NCBI GenBank assembly: GCA_964354495.1
Contig: CAYHAA010000002.1
Coordinates: 150,001-182,000, forward strand
DNA from: an uncultured archaeon
GTDB taxonomy: Archaea; Asgardarchaeota; Thorarchaeia; Thorarchaeales; Thorarchaeaceae
DNA: 32,000 nt
Direction of reading: 5' to 3'
Made by a program: the position numbers and the translations under genes. The notes beneath the pieces are model-generated. The model ran no database searches. It was not told the DNA's origin and was given only the letters and a program-made list of their open reading frames with translations. Shown in pieces: positions 1 through 9,427 of the stretch (the first letter of the stretch is position 1; each line of letters opens with the position of its first letter).

Positions 1-1
1 T

Positions 2-1843
2 GACTCAATTGAGGAGTTCTTTGAATCACCTCAAGATGTCGAATGGGCAATTGACCAGCAGGGAGAAATCCATCTCCTGCAATCCCGTCCAATAACGGCT
101 AAGGCAAGAATAATGGGCAAAGACAAGGACGAGATCTTCTGGACTCGAGGATACGCCGACGATTACTGGAACGATCCCGTGACGCCTCTATTCTACAGCC
201 TGCTAGGGGACCAGATAACATACATTGTGAACATCGAAGCTAATGCAGTAATGGGCTACAAGAATATGCCCGATACGCTTCTCAAGCTCTACAAGGGACA
301 TGCCTACTTCAATCTCGACGTGCTTCGCACGAAGGTCGTGAATGAGATGCCGCCGTTCATCAGATCAGACGATGTGATGAATTACTTCCCAGAGGGATCT
401 GGACCGTACGGCAAGGATACCATGAGGAAACTCCCCTTCGCCCTCCCAACGAGAATCATGGCCGAGATTCGAGTGATGCTACTTGATGCCGATGGCAGTA
501 TGACGAAGACAAACTCAGCGTACGAAAAATGGACAAAAGAGACCTTCGAGCCAGCATGCAAGGTCTTCGACTCGAAGCTGGAAAGCCTAAGGGAAAACGG
601 CACCCTAGAGGATTATATTGAGATTGCAGATGACCTAGATAAGACGATGATGCGTCACTTTAGAATGGTCAGGTACGGTCTTCCAGTTCATACGCTCGGC
701 ATGAATCTGATCACCAATTATCTGCTAAAGCGATGGTTGGGCGAAAAGGCTGCAACTACACTGTATCCGATTCTTCTCTCTGGTCTCAAACACAAGACCC
801 GCGAAACCAATAGGAGAATCGATGAGCTTGCTTCAATCATTCGAGATAGTCCTGAACTCACGAGAATCTTGCAGGACGTTCCTTCTCAGGATCTTCTGGT
901 TCATTTCCGAAGACAACCTGAGGCGGGTTCTCTGTTTATGACGAAGTTCGATGAGTTCATGGTTGACCTAGGTGACCGTGGTTTCACGAGAGAGCCATAC
1001 TTCCCGAGATGGAGAGAGCATCCAGCCTATGTTTTTGACATACTGAAGTCACTCGTGTCTGAGGGATCAAGAAACCTGAAGCAAGGAGAAGAAGATCTGG
1101 CACAAAAGCGTGCGAAAGCCGAGAAGCTGGTAGTAGAGGTAATTCGCGCTCAGAGATATGGCCCCATCAAAAAGATGCTCTTCTCAACCATCCTAGGAAT
1201 GGCAAGAACTTATGTCTGCTTCAGGGAGAATCAGAGGTTCAATCTTGACCGCTGGATCACTCGTGAGAGAAATGCATACCTCGAGATTGGCAAGCAACTT
1301 GTCAAGAAAGGATACTTTGGAGAGCCAAAACATGTGTTCTTCCTCTTTAGAAATGAGTTGAGAGGGGTAGTGAGGGGCAAATCGAAACTTGATAAAGAGA
1401 ATGTCAAAAGCCTTGTTGCGGAACGCTACGAGGAATTCCTCAAGTATGAGAACATCACGCCCCCAAAGTTTCTGCATGGCGATAGAGAGTTTGATGACCC
1501 AATACCGACATCTGCCGAAGGTTTCAAGGGAATGCCTGCAAGTCACGGATTGGTTACGGGGCAGGTACGTGTGTTAGCGAGCGTTGAGGAAGTTCCACAG
1601 GTGCGAGCTGGTGAAATACTGATCGTGCCGCGAACAGATCCCGGATGGACTCCGGTCTTTTCCAAAATAGGGGGTCTTATCACAGAAACTGGAGGAATTC
1701 TCTCTCATGGTGCAGTGGTAGCACGCGAGTTTGGCATTCCTGCTGTCACTAATGTGCGGAATGCCTGCCAGGTTTTCAAAACAGGACAAAGAGTGACAGT
1801 AGACGGAAATAAGGGAATTGTACTTAGGCTTGATTCGGAGTGA
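2..1843 (+). CDS. PEP-utilising dikinase of the rifampicin-phosphotransferase (RPH)/PigC architecture (ATP-grasp, substrate domain, C-terminal phospho-His swivel); 5' truncated by window edge
   Basis: The frame is open from base 2 (DSIEEFFESPQDVEWAIDQQGEIHLLQSRPIT, the end of a PEP/pyruvate-binding ATP-grasp domain), so ATG 113 is internal. The middle domain begins FWTRGYADDYWNDPVTPL. The C-terminal mobile domain is TDPGWTPVFSKIGGLITETGGILSHGAVVAREFGIPAV. There is no PEP-binding TIM barrel after the His domain, so it is not a canonical PpsA/PPDK. Confidence 0.9.
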   Translation, partial: DSIEEFFESPQDVEWAIDQQGEIHLLQSRPITAKARIMGKDKDEIFWTRGYADDYWNDPVTPLFYSLLGDQITYIVNIEANAVMGYKNMPDTLLKLYKGHAYFNLDVLRTKVVNEMPPFIRSDDVMNYFPEGSGPYGKDTMRKLPFALPTRIMAEIRVMLLDADGSMTKTNSAYEKWTKETFEPACKVFDSKLESLRENGTLEDYIEIADDLDKTMMRHFRMVRYGLPVHTLGMNLITNYLLKRWLGEKAATTLYPILLSGLKHKTRETNRRIDELASIIRDSPELTRILQDVPSQDLLVHFRRQPEAGSLFMTKFDEFMVDLGDRGFTREPYFPRWREHPAYVFDILKSLVSEGSRNLKQGEEDLAQKRAKAEKLVVEVIRAQRYGPIKKMLFSTILGMARTYVCFRENQRFNLDRWITRERNAYLEIGKQLVKKGYFGEPKHVFFLFRNELRGVVRGKSKLDKENVKSLVAERYEEFLKYENITPPKFLHGDREFDDPIPTSAEGFKGMPASHGLVTGQVRVLASVEEVPQVRAGEILIVPRTDPGWTPVFSKIGGLITETGGILSHGAVVAREFGIPAVTNVRNACQVFKTGQRVTVDGNKGIVLRLDSE

Positions 1844-2814
1844 CCATCATGGAACCATTGACCCATAGACCAACGTCGAGACATCATCAATGGAATGAGA
1901 GCTACTACTTCATCTTCTACGACAAGGACAACAACATTGGCGGTATGAGTAGATTGGGCTTCAAGCCCAACAAGAAGGAAGGTATGACATTCTTCTTCTT
2001 GTTCTTGCCAGATGGCACAGTCGGAGCCTTCCATGCCAATGATGATGCTCACAACTATCCGCAGGTACTGAAAGTCGAAAACGTTCATTATGACTGTCAG
2101 AGTGATGGTAACTGGCACTACACATACGAAGGGCCATTGCTGATATTCGACCGGCCAAGGGATTTTGCACAGGTTCAGGAGAATCCGGAAGTCATCAGTG
2201 ATTTGGTAGGTGCAAAAGTCGATTTGAGATACAAGGCGCTCAATGAAACCTATGAATACAGTAAACACATGACAGCCAAATCTCTTGAGATTGGAAAGAA
2301 GACTGGTGACATGCATTGGGAACAGATTGGCAAGGTGAGTGGCAGTGTTCAGATCGGCGAACGATCATTCACTATTGACGAATGTATCGGACAGAGAGAC
2401 CATACACATGGAATTAGGGACTGGACAGGAGTAGGCAACTGGTTCTACTTCGTGATCTGGTTCAATGAGAACCTTGCGCTGAATCCCGCTGCAGTTGTCT
2501 TGGATGATGGCCGAATCGGTTCAGGTGGCTTCATCTACAAGAACGGAGAGAATATACCAATTAAGACCATCCGAATGCTCGAACATTTGTACGAAGAAGA
2601 TGGTGTCTTCCCAATATCAACGAAACTCGAAATAACTGATCAAAATGGCAAGAGGTACATCCTCAAGGCTGCTCCGGGCCCTATCGTGCCCGTGCCATTC
2701 AGAGGAAAAGATGGCAGTCTGTCCTATCTCATCCAATCCTTCGGCTCATTTCAGCTTGACGACTTGGTAGGAGGATATGGTTCGTACGAGGTCTTGAGAA
2801 GAGCACTAAAGTAA
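1840..2814 (+). CDS. Uncharacterised beta-rich protein, probable AttH/CrtC/tocopherol-cyclase-like double beta-barrel
   Basis: 324-aa ORF overlapping the upstream stop (GTGA); ATG 1849 is an alternative start. Motifs WNESYYF, HWEQ.G.V.G and GQRDHTHGIRDW recall the actinobacterial WxESxYF / RDHSWGxRxW beta-barrel family. The fold call is inference. Confidence 0.65.
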   Translation: MTIMEPLTHRPTSRHHQWNESYYFIFYDKDNNIGGMSRLGFKPNKKEGMTFFFLFLPDGTVGAFHANDDAHNYPQVLKVENVHYDCQSDGNWHYTYEGPLLIFDRPRDFAQVQENPEVISDLVGAKVDLRYKALNETYEYSKHMTAKSLEIGKKTGDMHWEQIGKVSGSVQIGERSFTIDECIGQRDHTHGIRDWTGVGNWFYFVIWFNENLALNPAAVVLDDGRIGSGGFIYKNGENIPIKTIRMLEHLYEEDGVFPISTKLEITDQNGKRYILKAAPGPIVPVPFRGKDGSLSYLIQSFGSFQLDDLVGGYGSYEVLRRALK

Positions 2815-2864
2815 CGAAAGATGATAGGCTCGAAAATGTTAAACACACACAGCAATAGAGCAGG

Positions 2865-3533
2865 GTGGCGAGAGTAATGTTCGAATATGTCCAAGAAAGA
2901 GACCTATCAAGGCGACTCGACCCGAGAACCATGGTCTATGTAATCACACATGGTGAATATGATAGGGAGAACATGGGCAAGCTATCTGAGAGAGGTAGAA
3001 ATCAGGTCACTGAATTAGCCCATTCTCGTCTAGTTGTTGGCGTACGAACGTTTTACAGCTCCCCTGCAAAAGAAACTCTCGAAACATCAGTAATGCTGCG
3101 GAAGGAATTCGATTGCACGATGGAGAAGAGAGAATGTCTAGCAGATGTGAAACTGGGCTTTGGCTGGCAAGACATAGAACTCATAAGAGAGAGAATTTCT
3201 TCAATGTGGAGAGATGAGAGCCTTCGAATCGAAAAAGGCGAGTCTCTGGCTGATGCTCGCGAACGAATTGGCGAATGTTTGAATGAGATTGGCGCAAAAC
3301 ATCGAGGGGACAGCGTTGCAGTAGTCACCCATCCCTTCATTGCAACTCTATTCTATTCACTTGTGACTGCAGCACCTCTTGATATCAATGAGTGGCTCAT
3401 GACAGGGTTTGCTTCCTGCGCAACATATGAGTATGCAACCTCAGGATGGACACTTCTCATGCCATCTGATAATAGCTTCCAGAGCAATCCATCATCTGTA
3501 GCCGATTGGCTGCCTGACAATGTATTTGATTAA
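2865..3533 (+). CDS. Histidine phosphatase (phosphoglycerate-mutase-like) superfamily protein with degenerate active site
   Basis: VYVITHGE (RHG motif), LSERGRNQ, FYSSPAKETLET, KGESLADARERI and VAVVTH follow the His_Phos_1 motif order. The start could be GTG 2865 or ATG 2877. Confidence 0.8.
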   Translation: MARVMFEYVQERDLSRRLDPRTMVYVITHGEYDRENMGKLSERGRNQVTELAHSRLVVGVRTFYSSPAKETLETSVMLRKEFDCTMEKRECLADVKLGFGWQDIELIRERISSMWRDESLRIEKGESLADARERIGECLNEIGAKHRGDSVAVVTHPFIATLFYSLVTAAPLDINEWLMTGFASCATYEYATSGWTLLMPSDNSFQSNPSSVADWLPDNVFD

Positions 3534-3580
3534 AAAGAAGAAATGGCGTTGAAGTACGATCAGAACGACCGAGCTTCAAC
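3532..3580 (-). terminator. Hairpin plus T-rich tract downstream of the large surface-protein gene
   Basis: Inverted repeat GTTGAAG (3548-3554) / CTTCAAC (3574-3580) with partial inner pairing. On the minus strand it is followed by gccatttcttcttttta. It lies between convergent genes. Confidence 0.5.
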
Positions 3581-3595
3581 AACCATTATTCCATA

Positions 3596-6500
3596 CTATC
3601 TACGTCGGTACATTGCACAGACGATGATGACCAGAGCAACGACTCCACCGACTATTAGGTAGAGGGTGGCTGGATTGCCGCCTCCATTCGTTGATGTAGT
3701 GGTGGTAGTAGTACCTGATGTCTGCAACGCGCTCGTATATGCCACAAAGACAGGGTCACAGAATATCTCTTCACCGCCCCAGTTCTTATAGCCCGATGTC
3801 ATGAAGAGCATGGACGCATCGACATTGAAGTTCGTCACAGAAGTTCCAGAGCTCGACTCAAACATGACACTGAAGGCTCCTATTGGTGCTGTAGACGATC
3901 CAGAGGTGTGAATCGTTGTGTGATTATCGCCACCCCAAGTATATGGTAGTCCGCCCATTGTGACATTCGCAAAGGGAGTGTCCTCAGCTCCAAACTGGTA
4001 GTATGAAGCATCAAGACTAGCACCATTAGTGTCGGTCACAGGACGTTGCCCAGCAGTATACATTGTGGCAGTTCCGGTTGCCAGAACTCCGAAGAAGTTC
4101 ACAGCCAGACTACGGCCCTCAAGAACTGTGTCATCAAAGTCGTAGAGTGTCCATTCACCAAATCGTTGATCCACCTTGAATGTGACTGCATGATTCCACG
4201 TCGTTGGATCTTCCGCATCGTACGAGGTCATATCAACTGCAAAGGTAATGTCAAACGCCATCTCATCGATGGTTGCTTGAGTCACCCGATAGTCGAAGTT
4301 CGTTGAGTTCAGGCCAATGGAACCTTCGTATGTTTCTCTGAAGTCCCACGCGCCTCTTAAGGCAGATGAATGCTCGACACGAAGTGGGTATATGGTCACA
4401 TTGACATCGGAGATAGTCACACCAAAATTGACTTCGGTGTCAGGACTAACGATGACATTGCCTGTGTTGTTGGTCGCGCCGAATGGCCTCCTAAGCTCAA
4501 CATCTCCAACGCTGTCTATGAGCACGAGATGAGTCACCTCATCGGTAAGCACCTGGCCTCCAATGATGGAGAAATCTGGAGCACTCTCCGTCGGTCCTAC
4601 ACCATCATTGAAGATCAGCAGTCCTGCATATTCAGCACGGAAGTGTGCTAGAGTTGCTTGCGTATCGGACACCGCAACGAGAAAGTCCTGTGTTGTTGCC
4701 CATGCAAACCAAGTCGTTGACCATTTGCCTCCCTCGATACCTGGTACATTATCAAGGATCAGCGTTCGATTCACGGACAACCATGACACATACTCGTAAC
4801 CTGGCACAGGTATGTCATCATCCATGTCAGCCCACAACAAGTCCTGTATCTCAGCCATTTCGCTTGTATTGAGTGCACTGCCATCGGAGGCGTGGTACCA
4901 GTAGAAGGTTTCATTGGCCTCATACCAGATGTTCATCTCTACAACGCCCATCCAGTTCCTTGATACGAACTCATCACCAGGAATGCCAGGACTTGGATCA
5001 AACCCAACTCCGACCGCCATTCCATCAATTGTGATGTTTCCCTCATCACTCCAGTAACCAGTGCGTAGCACAAAGTACTGATCTTCGGTGGTGTAGACGT
5101 TTCCGTCAAGGTCAATTGCACCGTTGTCTGTCACTGTCCAGATTCGCGGTGTGTAGGACGGGACTACGCCAAGACGAAGGTGACGCGGACTCCAGAGCGT
5201 GTTGCTGGAAATGTCAGCCTGACGATACTCATCTGTCCAAAGGTCTACAAGGGTATTGTACTCTTCAATGGTCAGTTGCGTTCCGTTCAGGAAGGCAGGA
5301 TAGTCCCAAGCAGTTTCGTTCCAAAAGCGAACGTTCTGAATGAGTCCAATCTTTACAGTTGCTGTATCAATGACCATTGAAGGGGCTTCCATATTGAAGT
5401 TGAACAGTACCTTCAGAGTACTCAGGTCCTCGCCCAGAATAGTTTCAAAGCCCGTAACAGTCAAGTCATTGCGGGGTACCACCAAACTCCAAAGGAGCGT
5501 ACTACCTCTAAGATACATAGTGACTCTGTATTGAGAACCGGTGGTAGCAATACCTGTCTCGAAATCGATGAATATAGTGTGTTTTATCTCATATCTCCAG
5601 TAGTGAGTCTCGTTGCCATCCATACCAGAACCACTGACCTCAAGAGTGAAGTCCTTGATTTTCTGGGTGAGATTGAACAATTCACCTGCTTTCGGTTCAA
5701 AGATGATTGACCCATTGAGTTCGTTGATGTTTCTATGGACTAACATAGTCAGATTAAGGGGGTCTCCCTGCTGGGCGATTCCTGCAATGTTGCCAGCCAT
5801 GTCAAAGACAAATGCTTCTATGAAGGCTGAGCGGAATGCCAGTTTCATGGTTTCCTTTTCAGTAACCTCAGGTCGCTTGTAGAGAGGATTTCCACCCATA
5901 TCAAGAACTGTCACCAAATCCATCTCAGGCTGAATGTTTCCACCAAAGCCATAGCTGGGATCGAGGTCGGTTTCAGTGGTGAAATAGCCGCCCCACTGAA
6001 TACGGTGGCGTCCATCAAAGATGCCCGTATTGCTATCGTTGTAAACGAAGTACTTGTTGAGGTCAATCGTAGAGTTCTCGATGACTGTTATGAATGGGAA
6101 CCACATGCCGAGACCACCGCCTAGGTCCAGCCAGCTCCATGTGACATCAAGATAGCCTGCAAGTATGTAGGCATCGGTCGCATTGACCTTCAAGAACATC
6201 CAAGGATAGAGATCTATTTCAGTTTCCGTCCACGCTACATCATGGTCGAACAGCACCGCTTCGCTTGCGCTCAGACCAACAGGCATTGTCCAGTTCTCTT
6301 TTACAAGATAGGACGAATCCCATGTCAACTGTGTGAACGGAATCAAGGTCCGTCCGATTTCAGCAGAAGACTTCATTCTCACAATGAACGTATCGTTGAC
6401 ATCAGCGTAATGGAGAATCCGATTGCTCTCATCGATAATGTCAGCATAGTAGTAATCAGGTAATGAGAAGTCCAGAGGGTTGACAGGCTTTTCAAAGCCA

Positions 6501-7153
6501 ATTGGTGGTGATGCATATTCTCCACGTGTTGTGGATGCAAGCCAAGATGGTGCTATCGGTCTTCCGTCAGTATCAACAGCCTGCATACCTGTGTAGAAAA
6601 TGCTGGGCATAATAGCTTCTTCATAGGTGATGGCAAAAACCACTCGAAAGAGAGCAGGCTCTTCAGAGTATTCCGAGGCGATACTATCCAATGTTATGAA
6701 GCTATCTGACCTAGGTTCCTCTGCTGCGGGAACGTATACAAACGCCATGCTGTTCCACCTATCAGATGTAGCGTTATACTCAAGACCAAAGAAAGGAGCT
6801 CTTGGTCCCTCTCGAACGCCCCAAAACTGGACTGAGTCAAGTTCACTTCCAACTCCAAGGAATGCCTTTGGAATTGTTATATTCACGAACAGGTTGTCTC
6901 CAACAGCTATTCGATAGTTATTCGTGGCGATGTCTGTCAGGTTGTCAGCATACCCAATCCAGATGCGCGGCTGTGGACCGAAGATCCATTCAGAGTGTTG
7001 GTCTACGTTAGTGAATTGCGTAACGCTATCCTCCACACGCCAAGCAACATGCATTTGTGCCTGACCTGCCGTCTGGGCTGTAGTGGGAGTGACTACACCT
7101 GCGAAACTCACCAGAAGAATTGAGATTATTGCGATTGTGCTTATCTTCTTCAT
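3596..7153 (-). CDS. Large secreted, C-terminally membrane-anchored surface glycoprotein (about 1185 aa), function unknown
   Basis: ATG 7153 is preceded by the RBS GGTGAGGTGG. Signal peptide MKKISTIAIISILLVSFAGVVTPTTA, many N-x-S/T sequons and a beta-rich body. A Thr-rich linker TSGTTTTTTSTNGGG leads to TM LYLIVGGVVALVIIVCAM and a basic stop-transfer RRR. Confidence 0.85.
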   Translation of the reverse strand: MKKISTIAIISILLVSFAGVVTPTTAQTAGQAQMHVAWRVEDSVTQFTNVDQHSEWIFGPQPRIWIGYADNLTDIATNNYRIAVGDNLFVNITIPKAFLGVGSELDSVQFWGVREGPRAPFFGLEYNATSDRWNSMAFVYVPAAEEPRSDSFITLDSIASEYSEEPALFRVVFAITYEEAIMPSIFYTGMQAVDTDGRPIAPSWLASTTRGEYASPPIGFEKPVNPLDFSLPDYYYADIIDESNRILHYADVNDTFIVRMKSSAEIGRTLIPFTQLTWDSSYLVKENWTMPVGLSASEAVLFDHDVAWTETEIDLYPWMFLKVNATDAYILAGYLDVTWSWLDLGGGLGMWFPFITVIENSTIDLNKYFVYNDSNTGIFDGRHRIQWGGYFTTETDLDPSYGFGGNIQPEMDLVTVLDMGGNPLYKRPEVTEKETMKLAFRSAFIEAFVFDMAGNIAGIAQQGDPLNLTMLVHRNINELNGSIIFEPKAGELFNLTQKIKDFTLEVSGSGMDGNETHYWRYEIKHTIFIDFETGIATTGSQYRVTMYLRGSTLLWSLVVPRNDLTVTGFETILGEDLSTLKVLFNFNMEAPSMVIDTATVKIGLIQNVRFWNETAWDYPAFLNGTQLTIEEYNTLVDLWTDEYRQADISSNTLWSPRHLRLGVVPSYTPRIWTVTDNGAIDLDGNVYTTEDQYFVLRTGYWSDEGNITIDGMAVGVGFDPSPGIPGDEFVSRNWMGVVEMNIWYEANETFYWYHASDGSALNTSEMAEIQDLLWADMDDDIPVPGYEYVSWLSVNRTLILDNVPGIEGGKWSTTWFAWATTQDFLVAVSDTQATLAHFRAEYAGLLIFNDGVGPTESAPDFSIIGGQVLTDEVTHLVLIDSVGDVELRRPFGATNNTGNVIVSPDTEVNFGVTISDVNVTIYPLRVEHSSALRGAWDFRETYEGSIGLNSTNFDYRVTQATIDEMAFDITFAVDMTSYDAEDPTTWNHAVTFKVDQRFGEWTLYDFDDTVLEGRSLAVNFFGVLATGTATMYTAGQRPVTDTNGASLDASYYQFGAEDTPFANVTMGGLPYTWGGDNHTTIHTSGSSTAPIGAFSVMFESSSGTSVTNFNVDASMLFMTSGYKNWGGEEIFCDPVFVAYTSALQTSGTTTTTTSTNGGGNPATLYLIVGGVVALVIIVCAMYRRR

Positions 7154-7393
7154 TATTTCCACCTCACCAAGAACCAAGCGTGCTGTACTCGTCCTTTCGG
7201 GCATGTCCTAGATCCGTACGAAGAATTGTAAGAACTCGGTAGGAGCGAGATGCTGGTTCTCGTTGTCTTGGTGTCTTCATCGTAGGTACTTTCATAGTAA
7301 CCTGTGATGGAAAAAACCGACAAACTGCAGTCTATAGTACGCAGAATTAGTATATAGAACAATTGTGAATGAATCGTATACTCAATATCTGCA

Positions 7394-9409
7394 TCATAAC
7401 TCATCAAAATAGACACGGAGGAGTTCTGCAACGCTCCTAGCTCTGGATACAGTGCCCCTATCTCGGTGAGGCATTGATCCGTCGAACATGTCAGAAATTG
7501 TGCCGAGGCAACCTCTCCGGACAGTGCTGAGGACAGGCCGGAAGAATTTCTTCTCAGCCTTTGCCTTGTTCTCAGGAGTCCTGCCATTGACCGTGAGCCA
7601 TGCAGATATGTAGGGGCCTATGAGCCAGGGATGCACACTCCCTTGATGAGTCGCGGCTGCTCTACTTCTTGGGCCCCCCGTATATGCACGAGCATACCTT
7701 GTATCTGTGGGCGATAGAGTCCGTAGGCCAAATGGTGTGAGTAATTCCCTGGTTACTATTTTCAGCACTGAGTTTGCTTTCAGGCTGTCAAGAAGAGGGT
7801 ATGGTAGACTAACCGCGAATATTTGGTTCGGTCTTATTGACTTATCATTCTCTTCATCAGTGACAACATCGTAGAGATAACCCAGGTCGGGATCCCAGAA
7901 TGTCTGATCGAAAGCTTCACGAATCCAGGAAGCTACAGCTTGAAACTCATAGGGGTCCCTTCCGACAAATTCACACATCTCACCCATGGCCATTAGTGCA
8001 TTGTACCATAATGCGTTGACTTCGACGCATTTCCCAATTCTAGGAGTCGGACACGAGTCGTCAACACGTTCATTCATCCACGAAACCTCCACACCATCTA
8101 TTCCTGAGATGATGAGACCATCATGATCCTCGTGGATGTTGAATTTCGTGCCAATTCTGTATGCTGTGATGATAGAGTCCATAGTATCCCAGATTATACC
8201 TCGCAAGAACTCCATATCATTCGTAGCTTGGATATAGCGTCGGACAGCCATGATGAACCAGAGCGATGCACCAACAGAGTCATATTCGGGCTGAATGCCC
8301 CTGTCAGGAAAATCGTTGGGGACAAGGCCATACCGAGAGTACCGAGCATAGTTCGTGAGAATTGCTCGGGCATCTTGGAAACGTCCGATAGAAATGGTGA
8401 GACCCGGAAGAGAAACCATTGCATCGTGACCGATATCAGCGAGCTCATGGTAGCCAGCAATTATGGATCTCATATTTGTGGAAACCCTGTCGACGATGAA
8501 CGTGTCTGCATCCAGGACAAGCCATTCCATGTCCTCATCACGCTCCCGAGAGGACATTGAAAACGCACGGTCATTGAGTATCTTCCTCCGTCGAAGTTCC
8601 TCAAATCGAAGTCGGGCAAAGTCTTGCCGTTTCGCTTTTGCTAAAGGACCAAGGCTCGACATGAGGTCCTTGCGATTTGGCCCAGCTGCAAAGAGGAAAG
8701 AGAGGAAATGTTCGCCGGGATCCAGAATGGTATGAAAAACACCGGGGATAATCATCTGTTCTTGATGCGGTAGGCCCATTGCTTGATCGCGTCGATAAAT
8801 CTGAGGCTCAGTAATGCGAATCTCGCTAGGCATGAATTCAGCATCTGGAGTATATGCATACATCCAGGGGCTGTTTGGACGCTCGTCGAATGCAAAATAA
8901 GAATGACTGTCAGCAACTTCAATCTCTGGAGTGAAGTCAAGAACTGGAGGTCTAGCATGAAGGTTTCTACAGGTCTGCAATGGTGTGACTGTCAGGACTG
9001 TTTCTTCAGTGTTCTTCAGTTCGTAATTCACAACTGTCAAATTCCTTCGATATGCCATGAAGACAGTCTTCTCAAGCTCAACGCTTCCTGTCGAATAGAT
9101 CATCTGTGGCAGCGGATTAAGGTCAAACCGCTTGAGATACTTATAGCCGCGATGAGTAACTCCCTCAGTAGTCTGCTCGGTGCTCAAGTTGCATTCTCCT
9201 TCAGAGTTCACCATGGCCTCATCCAATCGGGAGAGGGTGAGCCATCGGTCCACTGGGGGACTCATCGATGATACAAGAAGACCATGGTAGCCACGAACAT
9301 TCAGACCGACAATAGTGGAAGACGTGTAGCCCCCTAAACCATTTGCATAGAGCCACTCGAATGTGATAGCTCTATTCAGTTTTAGGTCAGCATCTTCCAA
9401 TGTTATCAA
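7394..9409 (-). CDS. Glycogen debranching enzyme (amylo-alpha-1,6-glucosidase, GH133, archaeal type) homolog with altered catalytic motifs
   Basis: N-terminal EWLYANGLGGYTSSTIVGLNVRGYHGLL. C-terminal (alpha/alpha)6-barrel motifs IIAGYH..D.G.D.MVSLPGL, GKCVEVNALWYNAL, IRPNQIFAVSL, GLRTLSP and HQG.V.PWLIGPY. TTG start with GAGGT upstream. Confidence 0.9.
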   Translation of the reverse strand: MITLEDADLKLNRAITFEWLYANGLGGYTSSTIVGLNVRGYHGLLVSSMSPPVDRWLTLSRLDEAMVNSEGECNLSTEQTTEGVTHRGYKYLKRFDLNPLPQMIYSTGSVELEKTVFMAYRRNLTVVNYELKNTEETVLTVTPLQTCRNLHARPPVLDFTPEIEVADSHSYFAFDERPNSPWMYAYTPDAEFMPSEIRITEPQIYRRDQAMGLPHQEQMIIPGVFHTILDPGEHFLSFLFAAGPNRKDLMSSLGPLAKAKRQDFARLRFEELRRRKILNDRAFSMSSRERDEDMEWLVLDADTFIVDRVSTNMRSIIAGYHELADIGHDAMVSLPGLTISIGRFQDARAILTNYARYSRYGLVPNDFPDRGIQPEYDSVGASLWFIMAVRRYIQATNDMEFLRGIIWDTMDSIITAYRIGTKFNIHEDHDGLIISGIDGVEVSWMNERVDDSCPTPRIGKCVEVNALWYNALMAMGEMCEFVGRDPYEFQAVASWIREAFDQTFWDPDLGYLYDVVTDEENDKSIRPNQIFAVSLPYPLLDSLKANSVLKIVTRELLTPFGLRTLSPTDTRYARAYTGGPRSRAAATHQGSVHPWLIGPYISAWLTVNGRTPENKAKAEKKFFRPVLSTVRRGCLGTISDMFDGSMPHRDRGTVSRARSVAELLRVYFDEL

Positions 9410-9427
9410 TTGGTGGATACCTCAGAG

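Noticed and set aside
113-115. ATG 113 as the start of the dikinase
   Set aside because: The frame is open and carries conserved ATP-grasp motifs back to the window edge.
2-1843. Calling the first gene a rifampicin-resistance gene, PEP synthase or glucan water dikinase
   Set aside because: The domain order is only RPH-like, and substrate cannot be read from it. It lacks the PpsA C-terminal barrel, and the order differs from glucan water dikinase (His domain before ATP-grasp).
7153-7587. 144-aa minus-strand ORF bridging the debranching homolog and the surface protein
   Set aside because: It overlaps real genes in another frame, has no motif, and its composition looks non-coding.
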